In this document: positions 8,514-20,800 of the stretch, in pieces | How the letters are laid out: each line of letters starts with the position of its first letter | Position numbering within the stretch: the stretch's first letter is position 1 | Assembly (NCBI GenBank): GCA_032718475.1 | Contig: JAUCBJ010008447.1 | Coordinates: forward strand, 1 to 36,602 | Source: Nemertoderma westbladi | Lineage: Eukaryota > Animalia > Xenacoelomorpha | DNA length: 36,602 nucleotides | Direction of reading: 5' to 3' | Position numbers and translations under genes: made by a program | The notes under the pieces: generated by a model | Databases searched by the model: none | Seen by the model: the letters and a program-made list of their open reading frames with translations, nothing else | What the model was told of the DNA's origin: nothing

Positions 8514-11059
8514 GGTGAACAAACTCAGGGACAGGATGGCCGGCTAGAGATCGGGCCGCAGCAATGAACGGGAACATCACGGGAATGTAGACGAGAGACA
8601 ACCCGCAATACCATTTAGAGTTATTCGCCCATCGCCTGAAAGGTTAGACAGCGTTCGATCCTTGCTACCTAAGTGTAAGACCAAAAGATCAAAAGGTAGA
8701 CGTAGTGACACGCTGTAAGCCCAAAATTACATCATAGGGACTGTACTGTCTTGATTCAGGAAAACCCACAGTAGACCTTCACATTCCTACGGGGGGAGGG
8801 AGAGAGAGCAGATACTAGTACGCAGATAGGACGTAGGCACACCGGTACAAGGCATACACATTGGTTAGGGTGCAGCAAACTGTACGCTTAACTCTTGCTA
8901 AGTACAGGTGTGTGTGCGACTATTTGCCGTACAACAGTGTCCATTACATCAGAACTTGTAGGCTAGGGGGTTGCTGTGTTTTCACCTGAATTGGGATTGT
9001 ACCGTTCAGGCGGTAGGGCAGTTTACGCTAGGCGCAAATAAATTGAGGCTATCAGGGATATACTAACATCTACCGTGTCCCCGCCAACGCCCTAATAGGA
9101 AGTTACCCGGACTACCTGGGTGACTAAAATTCTAGATAGGAGCCAGGATAGCTATTAGTACCCGTACGCCTACAGTAGTAAACTAACACATCTCTTCTTA
9201 GTATCAGGGACCTGGTACCTAAAATTGCCGAATTCTGGGCGTAGTATTAACCTTATGCCTGAATTTGAGTCCTGGAAATACGCAAGAGGGGAAGGAACCT
9301 TATCATTCGTGAGTATTGGACCTACAAGTTACAAAATTAGAATATTCGTAAAATGCACACCGTACCCAGTAATTATATATGTGAAGGAGCAAAACTGTTT
9401 TGACCGTTCAGAATTAACACACGCGCGTTAGAAATTATTTACACCTCGAAATATATAAAATTAACTTTGTCCGTACTGTGCTTTGCCCGCTAGTTAGACA
9501 TCTCCAAATCTGCTCTATACCTAGCTAGCGTCCCTTTGCCCAACCATATAAATCACACCGCGGCAAAGTATACGAGCCCCTTAGTCCGTCAGTGAGTCAG
9601 CCTGATTTTAGGATTCGCTGCGCGGGATTTTGTTTTATCGAAGTTTGTCTGCTCGTAGACTGTTTTCTGCCTCACCGGTTATAAGAGATCGATACTGCAA
9701 TATATTCGCTTACTTAGAGTTTACTGTTTTGGTGAGAAGGTCGGATTTATGATTTGATTTACAAACTTTACAGTAGGATATTGCAGGTATTGTTACCGTC
9801 TCTTCCGATAGTAGGAATAGGCGTATCTCTTCAATTATAGAGAGTCAGTGTATACTACACAACTATTACACATTTCACCTTCTAATGGTAGACTTGAGAA
9901 CCACAGACGGATTAGTCTCCCTCGAAATATACAGCTGATTGTCTTTCATTTATATATCTTCCAAGTTTCATCATAAACGGATAAAAAGCAAAGGAATGGA
10001 AGGACATTTCATGATTAGATATGTATCCTCCTAGCGGCTGACAGATGAAATGTTATTGTTCTTGTTATCAACAATAACCAAAACACCAAACAAACCATCA
10101 GTGTGGGTACATTCTGATAACTGCATATGTCAGCCATTACGACCGGTTTGAACGTGGCAACTTTTTGATAGACCTTACTAGTCAAGTGGCTTAGGGTTAA
10201 AAAATATCCATATCACGACAAAGGTGAGGAAAGCACACTTTTTCACTATATATGTAAAATTTTATGTAGAATCCATTTCGAAGGGTATCCAAAGCTGTAG
10301 TTGAGTGGATGACATTGATATCGATGGATTGAAAGAGTGAGAAAATGTAAATTAACAATTATAATATTTGTGTTTATTCACAGAAAACATACATGACACT
10401 GCGTATTATTATAAGCTTATTATACTACATAGTTCTGTTGAAACGTTTTAGAAAGGTCTGTTTCGCAGATATGATGAACTTGATGATATTTCGGATACAT
10501 TACTCAACATATCATCAAATATATTTATGTTGTTCACACCAGAGTGAGGCCTTACAGCTTATTAAATTAGTTTTAGTTAATCGACTTGGAATGTAGCGGT
10601 AACCATAGCTAGTTGACCATGATAGAAAAGAATACGTACATTTTATATATACATTATGTCTCCGTCCATTTTACAGCTCAGCTATAATAATTGTAAATAG
10701 TTAAAGGGTTTACATGTATTACACTCGATTTGCCATCCATGGGTTCCACTATAAATAAAAAAAATAAATATGTGGTATTTGCGATCTATGTGGCGGCGTG
10801 GAAACAATATACCATCTGCTTGATTATCCCAAGAATAATAAATCCCTTAGCCAATGGGCTCGGGGTTGAATGGAAAACAAACATATTTTATTTACTATTA
10901 GTTTTATTTTTAAATATTAAATTATTAAAGTGCTAACTCCTGTTTTAATAATATCCCGATTATTTTATTGTACATAATTTAAATACCTTTTTGGTGAATT
11001 AAATAAATATAAATAGATGTTTAAATTAAAACTTTGAAAATCATTCTGTCTTTCTGTCA

Positions 11060-11400
11060 TTCTGTCTGAAATTGCTGAGAGTGTTGTGTGCGGTAGGGAC
11101 TTCATGTCCCGAATATGAACATTGATCCATCTACTGTAATTGTAATGATCCAAGGCGAAAAATAAATGTACTAAACTAAGGTCTGTAGACATTCTACATA
11201 GAGTAGAAGATTTCATTCACGGTGAGATCTAACAAATATTAGAATGAGAGCTTCCATCCGCATAACATATCAAAGAAATTGAATGTTGGTTTGATTAGTT
11301 TATTATTTCTCCAGCTCTCTTGATCATAACTATTATTTACAATACATTCGTCATATGCTTGCGATTGCAAAATTGTCTAAGCTTCTGTTTAGCGCTTTAT
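11060..11400 (-). pseudogene. Academ A transposase remnant
   Basis: LIFVRSHRE...FFALDHYNYSRWINVHIRDMKSLP, with frameshifts and stops. Confidence 0.8.
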
Positions 11401-12399
11401 TGTCTGGACAGTTTATTATCCGCCACATAATGAGTCCAAACGCTACACTTTGCAGGGATACGTAGTCGTAATATGGGTCTACAGTATATTTGGAGAGACT
11501 GTGAAAAGGTCGCTAATTTAAGGCCTCGCATTGTACCAGGTTGGGGGGACAGTCTACAGTACATACGTTCACTAACTATTAGCATCATTAACTACCCCCC
11601 CCCCCCCCCCCCCCCCCCTTCAATGATTTTAACTTTTCATTTATGACGTTTTTTTCTTAAATATTTTATATCAAACAATATATAACTATATCAAATCTAT
11701 TATACACAAGTTTGATATCAGATCAACTATGATTTACTACAGTATAATAAAGCACGTGAAAGATTTATCAGTTATAACGATTTTTCTTTTGTTTCTTCTT
11801 TGGACCCATGGCCTTGAGTTCGAATTTTGAGTTTCGTCGACCGGGTGTTTTTCGCTCTTGGGGACGTTCTTCGGGGGTGTGTAAATGGCCCAAATGGTGG
11901 AGATCCAAGGTATCGGAAGTTACGGAAGAAAAGACAGTCCATCCACTAGTGGAAGTTCCGGGTTGAGACTCGTGGAGGTTTGGCCTCTAATTCTTCAGTC
12001 AGGACCGTATCTCGTCACAATCACGTATGTGCAGATTCCTCAACCATCGCATGTTTGGCAGTCCCTTTTAACTGTGTATTCTTTACCCGAAGATGGATCG
12101 GTAGAGCTTAGTTTGGCGATCGCTGTGCGTAATGCTTCCTAGGTGATGGCCATGGCAGCAGGTCCATGTTGGGTCTGCGTGGATGCCGGAATCACAACTT
12201 CGTGGGTGAGGAATTTCCCGTGTTTTACCATTCTTTCTGTTATCTGCTCGGTTTCAGGTTTGACGTTATTCTGAAAGCGTGAGTGGTCAATTCTTTATGT
12301 TCTTGTTCACATATTTTCGCAATATGTGGGGTGACCCCACGTAACGCCTCATATACAGTAACCAACGATGTTATATGATGAACTTTTGCCCTGGTCAAT

Positions 12400-13468
12400 T
12401 TGCCGCAGGAATCGACGAACATACCTGGTGTCGATTATATCGGCCACGAGGGTTAGTAATGAATTATCGGGGAGCCACATACGGAGTCTATCCATTGCGA
12501 ATGCAAAGGGCTGGAAGAATGCTTTATTATGGTTATACCGCGGCATAAACCAACTTGTGTAAACAAGCTTCCCAGGTACGATCCATCCCGGTACGATTTT
12601 CCAATCCAAGGGGTGGACCACTAGATGGTTGAATGTGGAAACGACCTTTAGATTATGGCAGGCCATGGCTATGCCAGTAATTCTATTTTCCCTGAGACTA
12701 AATATAGGATCACTTAATGATACTGACACAGAGAAACTTGATATTGCTTATCGGAAGGCCCTACGGGGGCTCCTTCACGTAGGTACGTACATCAATAACC
12801 AATGTCTTTATCTCCTTTCTGGCCTCAGGCCTGTCTCGGTAGAGGCCCTGCGTCAGTCTGTTGGTATTTTCACTAGACTACTCAGATGTCCTAACCCAAC
12901 ACTTCAAGTCATTCAGCGCCTCACCACGTTCAATCACACTCTTGACATTAGGAAATTATTCAGGGGATGCTCCAGCTCGTACAGCAAGGCTTCCCGTTCC
13001 TTTCCGCTTCCGCGTCTTTGCTCTACCCTGTTGACTAATTACTCTGGTGCAGACCTAATGGCGCGAATTGACATCAACGGCGCAATCGCCAGGGATACAG
13101 TGAACGCTGAATTCGTCAGAGGATGCTTTAGTACTACCGCAATCCCTTTTGCTCACAAGCGGCAGAGAATTAGGGATTTTTTTGGGATCGCCTAGTTCCT
13201 TCAACCATAAGATGCAAAGTGTACCCACCTTTTTTTTCTTTACCTGATCCGGATCGAACTACAGACATAAGCAAACGCTACTGTTCACTCTATTACGATG
13301 CTACTATCCAATAACTCTGCATTTATTCATTCTTATATTTCTGGTATCGACGTTGTGTTGATTTTTTATATGGTTACTCGTCTGTCTAGCAAGTTTTATT
13401 GTGTGTTTTAATGAGTATTTTACATTTTATTGTCGGCTTGTCCGAATTAAACTAATAATAATAATAAT
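12400..13468 (+). mobile_element. 5'-truncated non-LTR retrotransposon (RTE-X-like), degenerate RT C-terminus plus 3' tail
   Basis: ORF 12629-13195 (RLWQAMAMPVILF..EKLDIAYRKALRGLL..LYLLSGLRPV) resembles a LINE RT thumb; a TYL(G)-like motif lies upstream in another frame; AATTAAA plus (TAA)5 tail at 13445-13468. Clade is tentative. Confidence 0.65.
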
Positions 13469-13739
13469 ATTCCTGCATTGCAACCTGCATTGCAGTCTAA
13501 AACATCAAAGCTGCAACTTGCATTACAGGTGAATGACCATATAGGTCCATTGAAACCAAATAATCCTACGAAAAGGCTGGGCTTCTTGCTAGGCTTCTCC
13601 CATAATTATAATTAATGGGAGAGAATAAAATGTTTTCGATTTAACAATAATTGATAAATGGGCTTAAAGAAGTACGCGTGCAGTAACATCTGCACTGGTA
13701 ACTTGATGTGCGCAATATGTCATTGTAATATTAGAAACT

Positions 13740-13960
13740 TTCAAAAGAATCAGCTATTCCCTGCTATATCAGATTCCACAAGAAGTTCAACCCAGCCAGA
13801 AGAATCTAGAATGTCACCAACACAAGTCCACAACGTATGAAGACCTCCCATCATTAATGTACAGTAACTTTAGTCTCACCAAGGATATTAGGATAGACCC
13901 ATTGAACTTGTTTGCCTATTGCATTCAATTGTTCGCACCACAATACTATCTGTTGTCAAT
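13740..13960 (-). pseudogene. Academ A transposase remnant (catalytic-core region)
   Basis: Manual minus-strand translation gives EQLNAIGKQVQWVYPNILGETKV..MMGGLHTLWTCVGDILDSSGWVELL, matching the family motif DQPLYA.AKQIQW..P..GE..M.GGLH..GD.L..SGW. Confidence 0.75.
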
Positions 13961-15075
13961 ATTGTTAATATTTGTCTATTGAAAAATATTATTAAAAATT
14001 AATATTATTTTTCAAAACTTCTAGCTAAACATTAAAACTCTAAATACCTTAAATATCACGGTACTAGTATGGTATGTGTATAACCGGTATTAGTATAGTA
14101 TGTATACAGTAAATTTGTAAGAACCTTTGTGATTTTATTGGGGTTATTGTTGTCTTTATTGATATTGGTGAATGTTCTGGAACATTACTCGAAAATTTTG
14201 AAATTATATATAAAAAAAATTCGTTAAAACAATAAGAATTCGAAAGAAAATATCTAGAAATATCTATCAATACTTTTTTCAAAAAATACTAGCTTGTAAA
14301 AAACACAATAGCTACCATAAAAAAATATCTATTAAGGTTCTAGAACATTCACCAATATAAAAAAAACACTATAAAACAATATTATATTTTTTAATTTTCA
14401 AAAAATATTTGCTAGTAAAAAAAACGAGCTATAATAAAAAAATTTATACTAAGGTTCTAGAACACTCACCAATGTTCTAGAACATAATAAAATGCCATAA
14501 AACCCAATAAACAGACACAAATGTGCTGTATACATTACATACTGTACTAGTACTGGTTATACATAATATCCACAAATTACAAACAATATCACAAAATTAC
14601 TGGCTACCACCTTGCTATCAGAAGGTCAAATGTTTATTCTGGAACATAAAAACTCTTGGCACAGTAATAACTACTGAAATAAGACAACAACATTCAAGTA
14701 ATCCAGTCCCTGGCCTTAAGTCCCGTAGGAATATCGAGGTGGACGCCGTTTCTCACTTGAACTGGGTTTGGGGTGCAAAAATGAAGAAAATAAAATTGGG
14801 TAGACTTTTAGGTTCCTGGGCCTAAGTTTTTTATGACGTCATTTTATGACGTCATAAATATACAAATATTCATCTGTGTCCTCATCACTTTTCCAAATCA
14901 AGAGTACAAATGATAATTATTATTTAGCTGTTGTTACCAGAGTTAACCAAATATAATGGTTTTACGATGCTTTTACGGCACAGTAAAATAGTTATATTGA
15001 TATGATCACTGAGTGAATTTATTATGAAATGTTATATAATGTTAATTAAATGCTATGAATTATAAAATGTTCTTA

Positions 15076-16615
15076 TTATGGAATATTTTCGCACTCCATT
15101 TCAAAATTGTATTTGCAAAATGATGTGCAAGAAACGATATCTTTCCGGCATCTGCATCGCATAGTATTGCACTTCTTGCAGAAGCAAGTAATCCACGCCC
15201 ATTTATGTAGTTCATTATTCCAAGGATCGGGCATGATTGATGAGTCATTCTCATTAATAGACCATCCATAATCTGTTGGTTCTAGGTTGGGCGAGTTACT
15301 ATTTAATACTGATGTACACAAATAAACATTGTAGAAGGCGCGCAACAAATGACCCTGCAATGAATGACTTGAACAAGGAAGGTTTAATAAGTTTGGAGCA
15401 CCTTCTTGTCTAACGATTTCGGATCGAAGACTGTCAAACGTTTTACTAGTCGATCGTGGCTTTATGACCTTAACCAAATATTGCTCTGCATGTTTGAATG
15501 ATTCTTTATTAGGTGGGAAACATCGCCCGAAGTTCTTTAAATAGAGTTCTGGGTGCACCTTTAGGGCTGCCCTTTTGGTGCCTATTTTGCTAGTAACATC
15601 AGATCCAGTGAGGTAATGACATGCAAGTATAGCCTCACTAATAGGACCGATCTGTTCCACAAGTCGATGAATTGGGATAAGTTCAGTTGACGTTTTTCTC
15701 ATCCATAACTCTGACAAACCATTCTCGTGAAAAGTGTTGTAGAAATGGATGAGCAGCACCAACACATCGGTATCATTTGAGAGCACGATGATTCTTTCAG
15801 ATCCATCTTTAACCGCGTTCAAAATATGGGGAATGAGACGCAGGTCTGCTTCTTCAATGTTGAACTTCTCCAGACCCTCGATCGCTCCTCCACTGTTCGC
15901 TTTTAGAATTACTCCAGGTATAGATTCATCTTCGCAAACTACACCACTTAAGATAGTGTCCCACGGTTGGTTTTCCAACACACCCAATATGAATCCTTTA
16001 AGCGCATCTTGTAACAACACTTTATTTTCTCCTGATGCCCAAAACCTATCTATCTGAACTGGAATCATCACATCAGGAGTAATGGAGGTGAGTGATAGTT
16101 GTTGAACTGAAGATCGTCTTTCTCTCTCTGCATTTTTGATCGATGATGGTAGATAACTGTCAAAAACGTAATCAACTCGATTAAATATGCAGACACTCTT
16201 CACAATACGGTTGAACGCTTCGAAAATTTCACGAAATGTTCCCTTTCCCTTTAGTGGTATTCTGCGAAGTTGATTCATAACATCAACAACAAGACATGTC
16301 TTTAGTGCGGTGTCTTTTTCAAAATTCATGTCTACACTTTCCATCATTCTCATTAACTCAGAAATTAAACTGGATTTCATTGGCTTAGTTGTAGCACCAT
16401 GACTATCAATCAAAGACGATGGTGTGATATCGAAACTAAGGATCTCTTCCATTTCCATTCCTCTTTCCTTAGCGATATCAACTGACCTTTGCGATTGCAA
16501 CAGTTCTTTGATAGAATTTTTATGTTGTTGTATTGAGCATTGATCCCCGATTGTTGTACTTTGAAAAGTAGGAAGATTTTGTCTATGTATGGTAGCTGAT
16601 AGAGGCTTATTAATT
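15076..16615 (-). CDS. Academ B C-terminal region: XPG/FEN1-like nuclease plus Cys-rich (CXC-like) zinc finger
   Basis: VDYVFD, EEADLRLIPHI, VLSNDTDVLVLL, H3TH-like LTGSDVTSKIGTK, terminal CFCKKC..CRC..CTSFC..C. The first ~40 aa of track ORF 15076-16737 come from other frames or elements. Confidence 0.88.
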
Positions 16616-16899
16616 GACGTATATTTCATCCTTAAAGAAATTAGTAGCTGCAAGAAATGTTGTTGCTCTATTGGTCTCGCAGGTACTACTATTAGTCTGG
16701 TCGATAAGACAATGTACCCGGAAAAAAATGTTACCAAGCTATATTTGGTAGGTTTCGAATCGCTAGGACCCCTTCTTTCGAAATCTGAAAAGTCCTCTCT
16801 TCAATAGGGTGGGCAACTCTCACAAATCCCATTTCCATAGCAACCGACATAAGAATAGATATAATTACATTTAATGCAACTGGGCTAGCTCCTACCCCC

Positions 16900-17150
16900 A
16901 CTATATCGGCAATGGAGAATTCATTGAACATATTTTCAATTCTCAGTTACCATGGCAACCGGTAGATTCACCATATCAACCATCGATTTGGCCATCTTGA
17001 GGCAACGGGACCAACTTCTAATCCCACTATATCGACTATGGAAAATTCATGGATAAAATTTTCAAGTCTCAGTTACTATGGCAACCGGTAGATTCACCAT
17101 ATCAACCATCAATTTCGCCATCTTGATGCAAAGGGACCACCCCTACTCGT
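16900..17150 (+). repeat. Two ~126-bp direct repeats carrying the palindromic GTTACYATGGCAAC
   Basis: TCTCAGTTACYATGGCAACCGGTAGATTCACCATATCAACCATC at ~16941 and ~17067. Confidence 0.85.
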
Positions 17151-17420
17151 ACCATGGTAACTCCTATCCCCGCTATTGCTATTAATATTAATAAATCAAG
17201 GAATGATAGTTTTTTAAACCAAAAATATAATAATTATTAAATATTATCAATTTATAATAGAAATATTGAAAAGTGTATAATATACCTAGAGTTTATCATG
17301 AACCAAAGTTATTATAATAAATAATATCACCCTTTATTAGTGGAACAATTGTATCTATACACCGTTTATTAAACCATACCTGTAACAATTAATGTTACTT
17401 AAATAAACTATTAATGTTAT

Positions 17421-17790
17421 TTATAAATAATGTTGGTTATGTTGGGATATCCAATTGATAATTTCAACCATGTCGTCAAAATCCCTTGTTCTTCTTGCGG
17501 TAGTAAGCTCCACATGCTGTTCACTGGTCCTGTGAGAAAGTCCTGTCAGTGTGGTCATGGCATAATGCACTTGGGCACATTCATGGATACTGTATACCCA
17601 CATCAATCTAACAGATTCTGTAATCCCTCGACCTCTAGTAAGACCTCCTCTGCTCTTGATAGATCTCATCATGACTTGTTCGAAGATAAGATCAGTCCAT
17701 AAGCCAGCCCAGTAACGATCACTGCGCCGCACAGAGTGAATGAAACCCATACTGTGAGAACTGCCGATACAACCATTGGTGTTTTTTAGG
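17421..17790 (-). pseudogene. Academ D transposase fragment
   Basis: HSVRRSDRYWAGLWTDLIFEQVMMRSIKSRGGLTRGRGITES is a typical motif of this transposase family. Confidence 0.8.
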
Positions 17791-17830
17791 CAATTCCAGC
17801 ATCCATTGCAAATACAAACGAGCACTCTTC

Positions 17831-20800
17831 GGGTTCATTACTGTAAGAATTGTTAGGAACCGAGAGGTTCATTACTGTAAGAATTGCTCGAGACTGGCTG
17901 GCTGGCTGGCTGGCTGGCTGACTGACTGATCTACAGCCAAAACTACTCTAACGATTTTGATGAAATTTTCACAGCGGCTAGATACCGCGATTCTAAGGTC
18001 CCTGATATGTTCCGCTATTTCGTCCATGAGCCGTGGGCTCGAAAAATAGACATAAACGAAAAAACGTCATAGGCGCAATGGTAAAATAACACCAATAACA
18101 GCTGGTGTCGTGATGAAAAATGGCTTATGTAATGGATTTCTACACAAGGCTTAGTATAAATCGATGAGGTTGCCAAGATTATTGTACTCAGTACACCCAT
18201 ACTGTTTGTTTAGGCCCTAGGACACTCTGTCAAAGCAAATATTAACTGGTTGGTTTAGTTTGAAATCTATTATCGCCTCAGCTGAATTACTCTTCCCAAT
18301 TCAGTCTATGGAAATATCTCACTCTGCTAATGTAAGCTGAATGACTTACGTACACAGTGTGTTGGCTACATTAATGCCAACATTATTGCAAAATGTTTTA
18401 TTGTTGAATTACTCTCTGTCAGTCTCCCCTTCAGAACATTGCATAGGGAATTTACTTTAGTTTACTCTAGTGTGCCATTCTGCTGAATGGATTTGAGCGA
18501 TTGCCAAGTTACAGAAGAGTTGGATCATTCTCTGACCATAGGCAAAGACAAATCTTTTTAAAAAGATACTTTTTCCATGTTTTTTTTCTGACCAAAAATT
18601 TCAAAAAAAAATTTTCGTAACCAGTACTGCCAATCGATTCGCCATCAAAAATAACGTAAAAAATATTTTTTGCAAAATTTTAAATTACTGTAAATTTTTG
18701 GCGACTGGGGGGGGTCAATTTTTTTCGATCCTCTATAACTCCGGAACGCTTTGTCCAAATTCGATGGGGTTTTTATTTTTCAACTTAATTCGATGTCCTC
18801 TTTCAGTTTATCCATGTTTCGAAATCCCAAACAGCGCCGTTCAAAAATTAATTTTTTCTAGTTCTAGAATTTTACAAATTTCAAAAAAGTTGCAGTATTT
18901 TATTAACGCCTTTATGGAATTCGATAGCGTTTTCGATTTTTATATTAAACGCAATATCCTGAATCTCACTAGCTTAGTTTCGCGTCACCAATGCCAAGAC
19001 TTCATACTTTTTGAGGAAAATTTTTCTAGAATAATTTTTATTTAATTACATTTATCGCGATTTCTTATTACTGGTTGCACATGAATTGATGGAGTTTTCA
19101 ATTTATTAACTAAACACGATATCGCGCATCGCACCAGCGTGGTTTCGAAATTCCAAAACGAGGTCTTCACTAGTTGCAGGTCGATTTTGTTCTAGAATTG
19201 AGTAACTAATAATAGATCGAATTTATTAATAATTATTGTATGAAATATGATTGTATTTTTACATAATTATTAGTTCTATAATAATTCTCGTTGTCTCTTT
19301 TATTTGAAATATAAAGTCGGTTCCTTATCGGGCCGCTAGGCCCGTCACTAGTCAGGAACCGAGAGGTTCATTACTGTAAGAATTGTTGGCTGATTGACTG
19401 GCTGACTGGCTAATCTATAGCCAAAACTACTCTAACGATTTTGATGAAATTTTCACAGCGGCTGGATACCGCGATTCTAAGGTCCCTGGTATGTTCCGCT
19501 ATTTCGTCCATGAGCCGTGGGCTCGAAAAATAGACATAAACGAAAAAACGCCATAGGCGCAATGGTAAAATAACACCAATAACAGCTGGTGTCGTGATGA
19601 AAAATGGCTTATGTAATGGATTTCTACACAAGGCTTAGTATAAATCGATGAGGTTGCCAAGATTATTGTACTCAGTACACCCATACTGTTTGTTTAGGCC
19701 CTGTCAAAGCAAATATAAACTGGTTGGTTTAGTTTGAAATCTATTATTGCCTCAGCTGAATAACTCTTCCCAATGCATTCTAGTTGAGTATCCAAGTTTC
19801 TCCCTCTGCTAATGTAAGCTGAATGACGGTTTAGTATGCAGTAGTGTGTTGGCTACATTAATGCCAACATTATTGCAAAATGTTTTATTGTTGAATTACT
19901 CTCTGTCAGTCTCCCCTTCAGAACATTGTATAGGGAATTTACTTTAGTTTACTCTAACTGTGCCATTCAGCTGAATGGATTTGAGCGATTGCCAAGTTAC
20001 AGAGTTGGATCATTCTCTGACCATAGGCAAAGACATCAAATCTTTTTAAAAAGATACTTTTTCCATGTTTTTTTTCTGACCAAAAATTTCAAAAAATTTT
20101 TTTTGTAGCCAGTACTGCCAATCGATTCGCCATCAAAAATAACGCAAAAAATTTTTTTTGCAAAATTTTAAATTACTGTAAATTTTTGGCGACTGGGGGG
20201 GGTCAATTTTTTTCGATCCGCTATAACTCCGGAACGCTTTGTCCAAATTCGATGGGGTTTTTATTTTTCAACTTAATTCGACGTCCTCTTTAGGCCTATC
20301 CATTTTTCGAAACCCCAAACAGCACCGTTCAAAAATTAATTTTTTCTAGTTCTAGAATTTTACAAATTTCAAAAAAGTTGCAGTATTTTATTAATGCCTT
20401 TACGGAATTTGATAGCGTTTTCGATTTTTATATTAAACGCAATATCCTGAATCTCACTAGCCTAGTTTCGCGTCACCAATGCCAATACTTCATACTTTTT
20501 GAGGAAAATTTTTCTAGAATAATTTTTATTTAATTACATTTATCGCGATTTCTTATTACTGGTTGCACATGAATTGATGGAGTTTTCAATTTATTAACTA
20601 AACACGATATCGCGCATCGCACCAGCGTGGTTTCGAAATTCCAAAACGAGGTCTTCACTAGTTGCATGTCGTTTTTGTTCTAGAATTGAGCAACTAATAA
20701 TTGATTGAATTTATTAATAATTATTGTATGAAATATGATTGTATTTTTACATAATGATTAGTTCTATATTTATTCTCGTTGTCTCTTATTTAAAATAAAA

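Noticed and set aside
4993-9174. Very long LTR starting TGTAGG after GGAGCGGGA and ending CCTACA, containing ORF2
   Set aside because: Supported only by a 6-bp inverted match, with no second copy or TSD to test.
11595-11618. Poly-C tract as the TIR partner of GAGGGGGAGGGTAG at ~30310
   Set aside because: Low-complexity match with no TSD.
16616-16931. N-terminus of track ORF 15076-16737 and ORF 16731-16931 as genuine protein
   Set aside because: They read through the TIRs of Academ D and the MULE-like element; chimeric artefacts.
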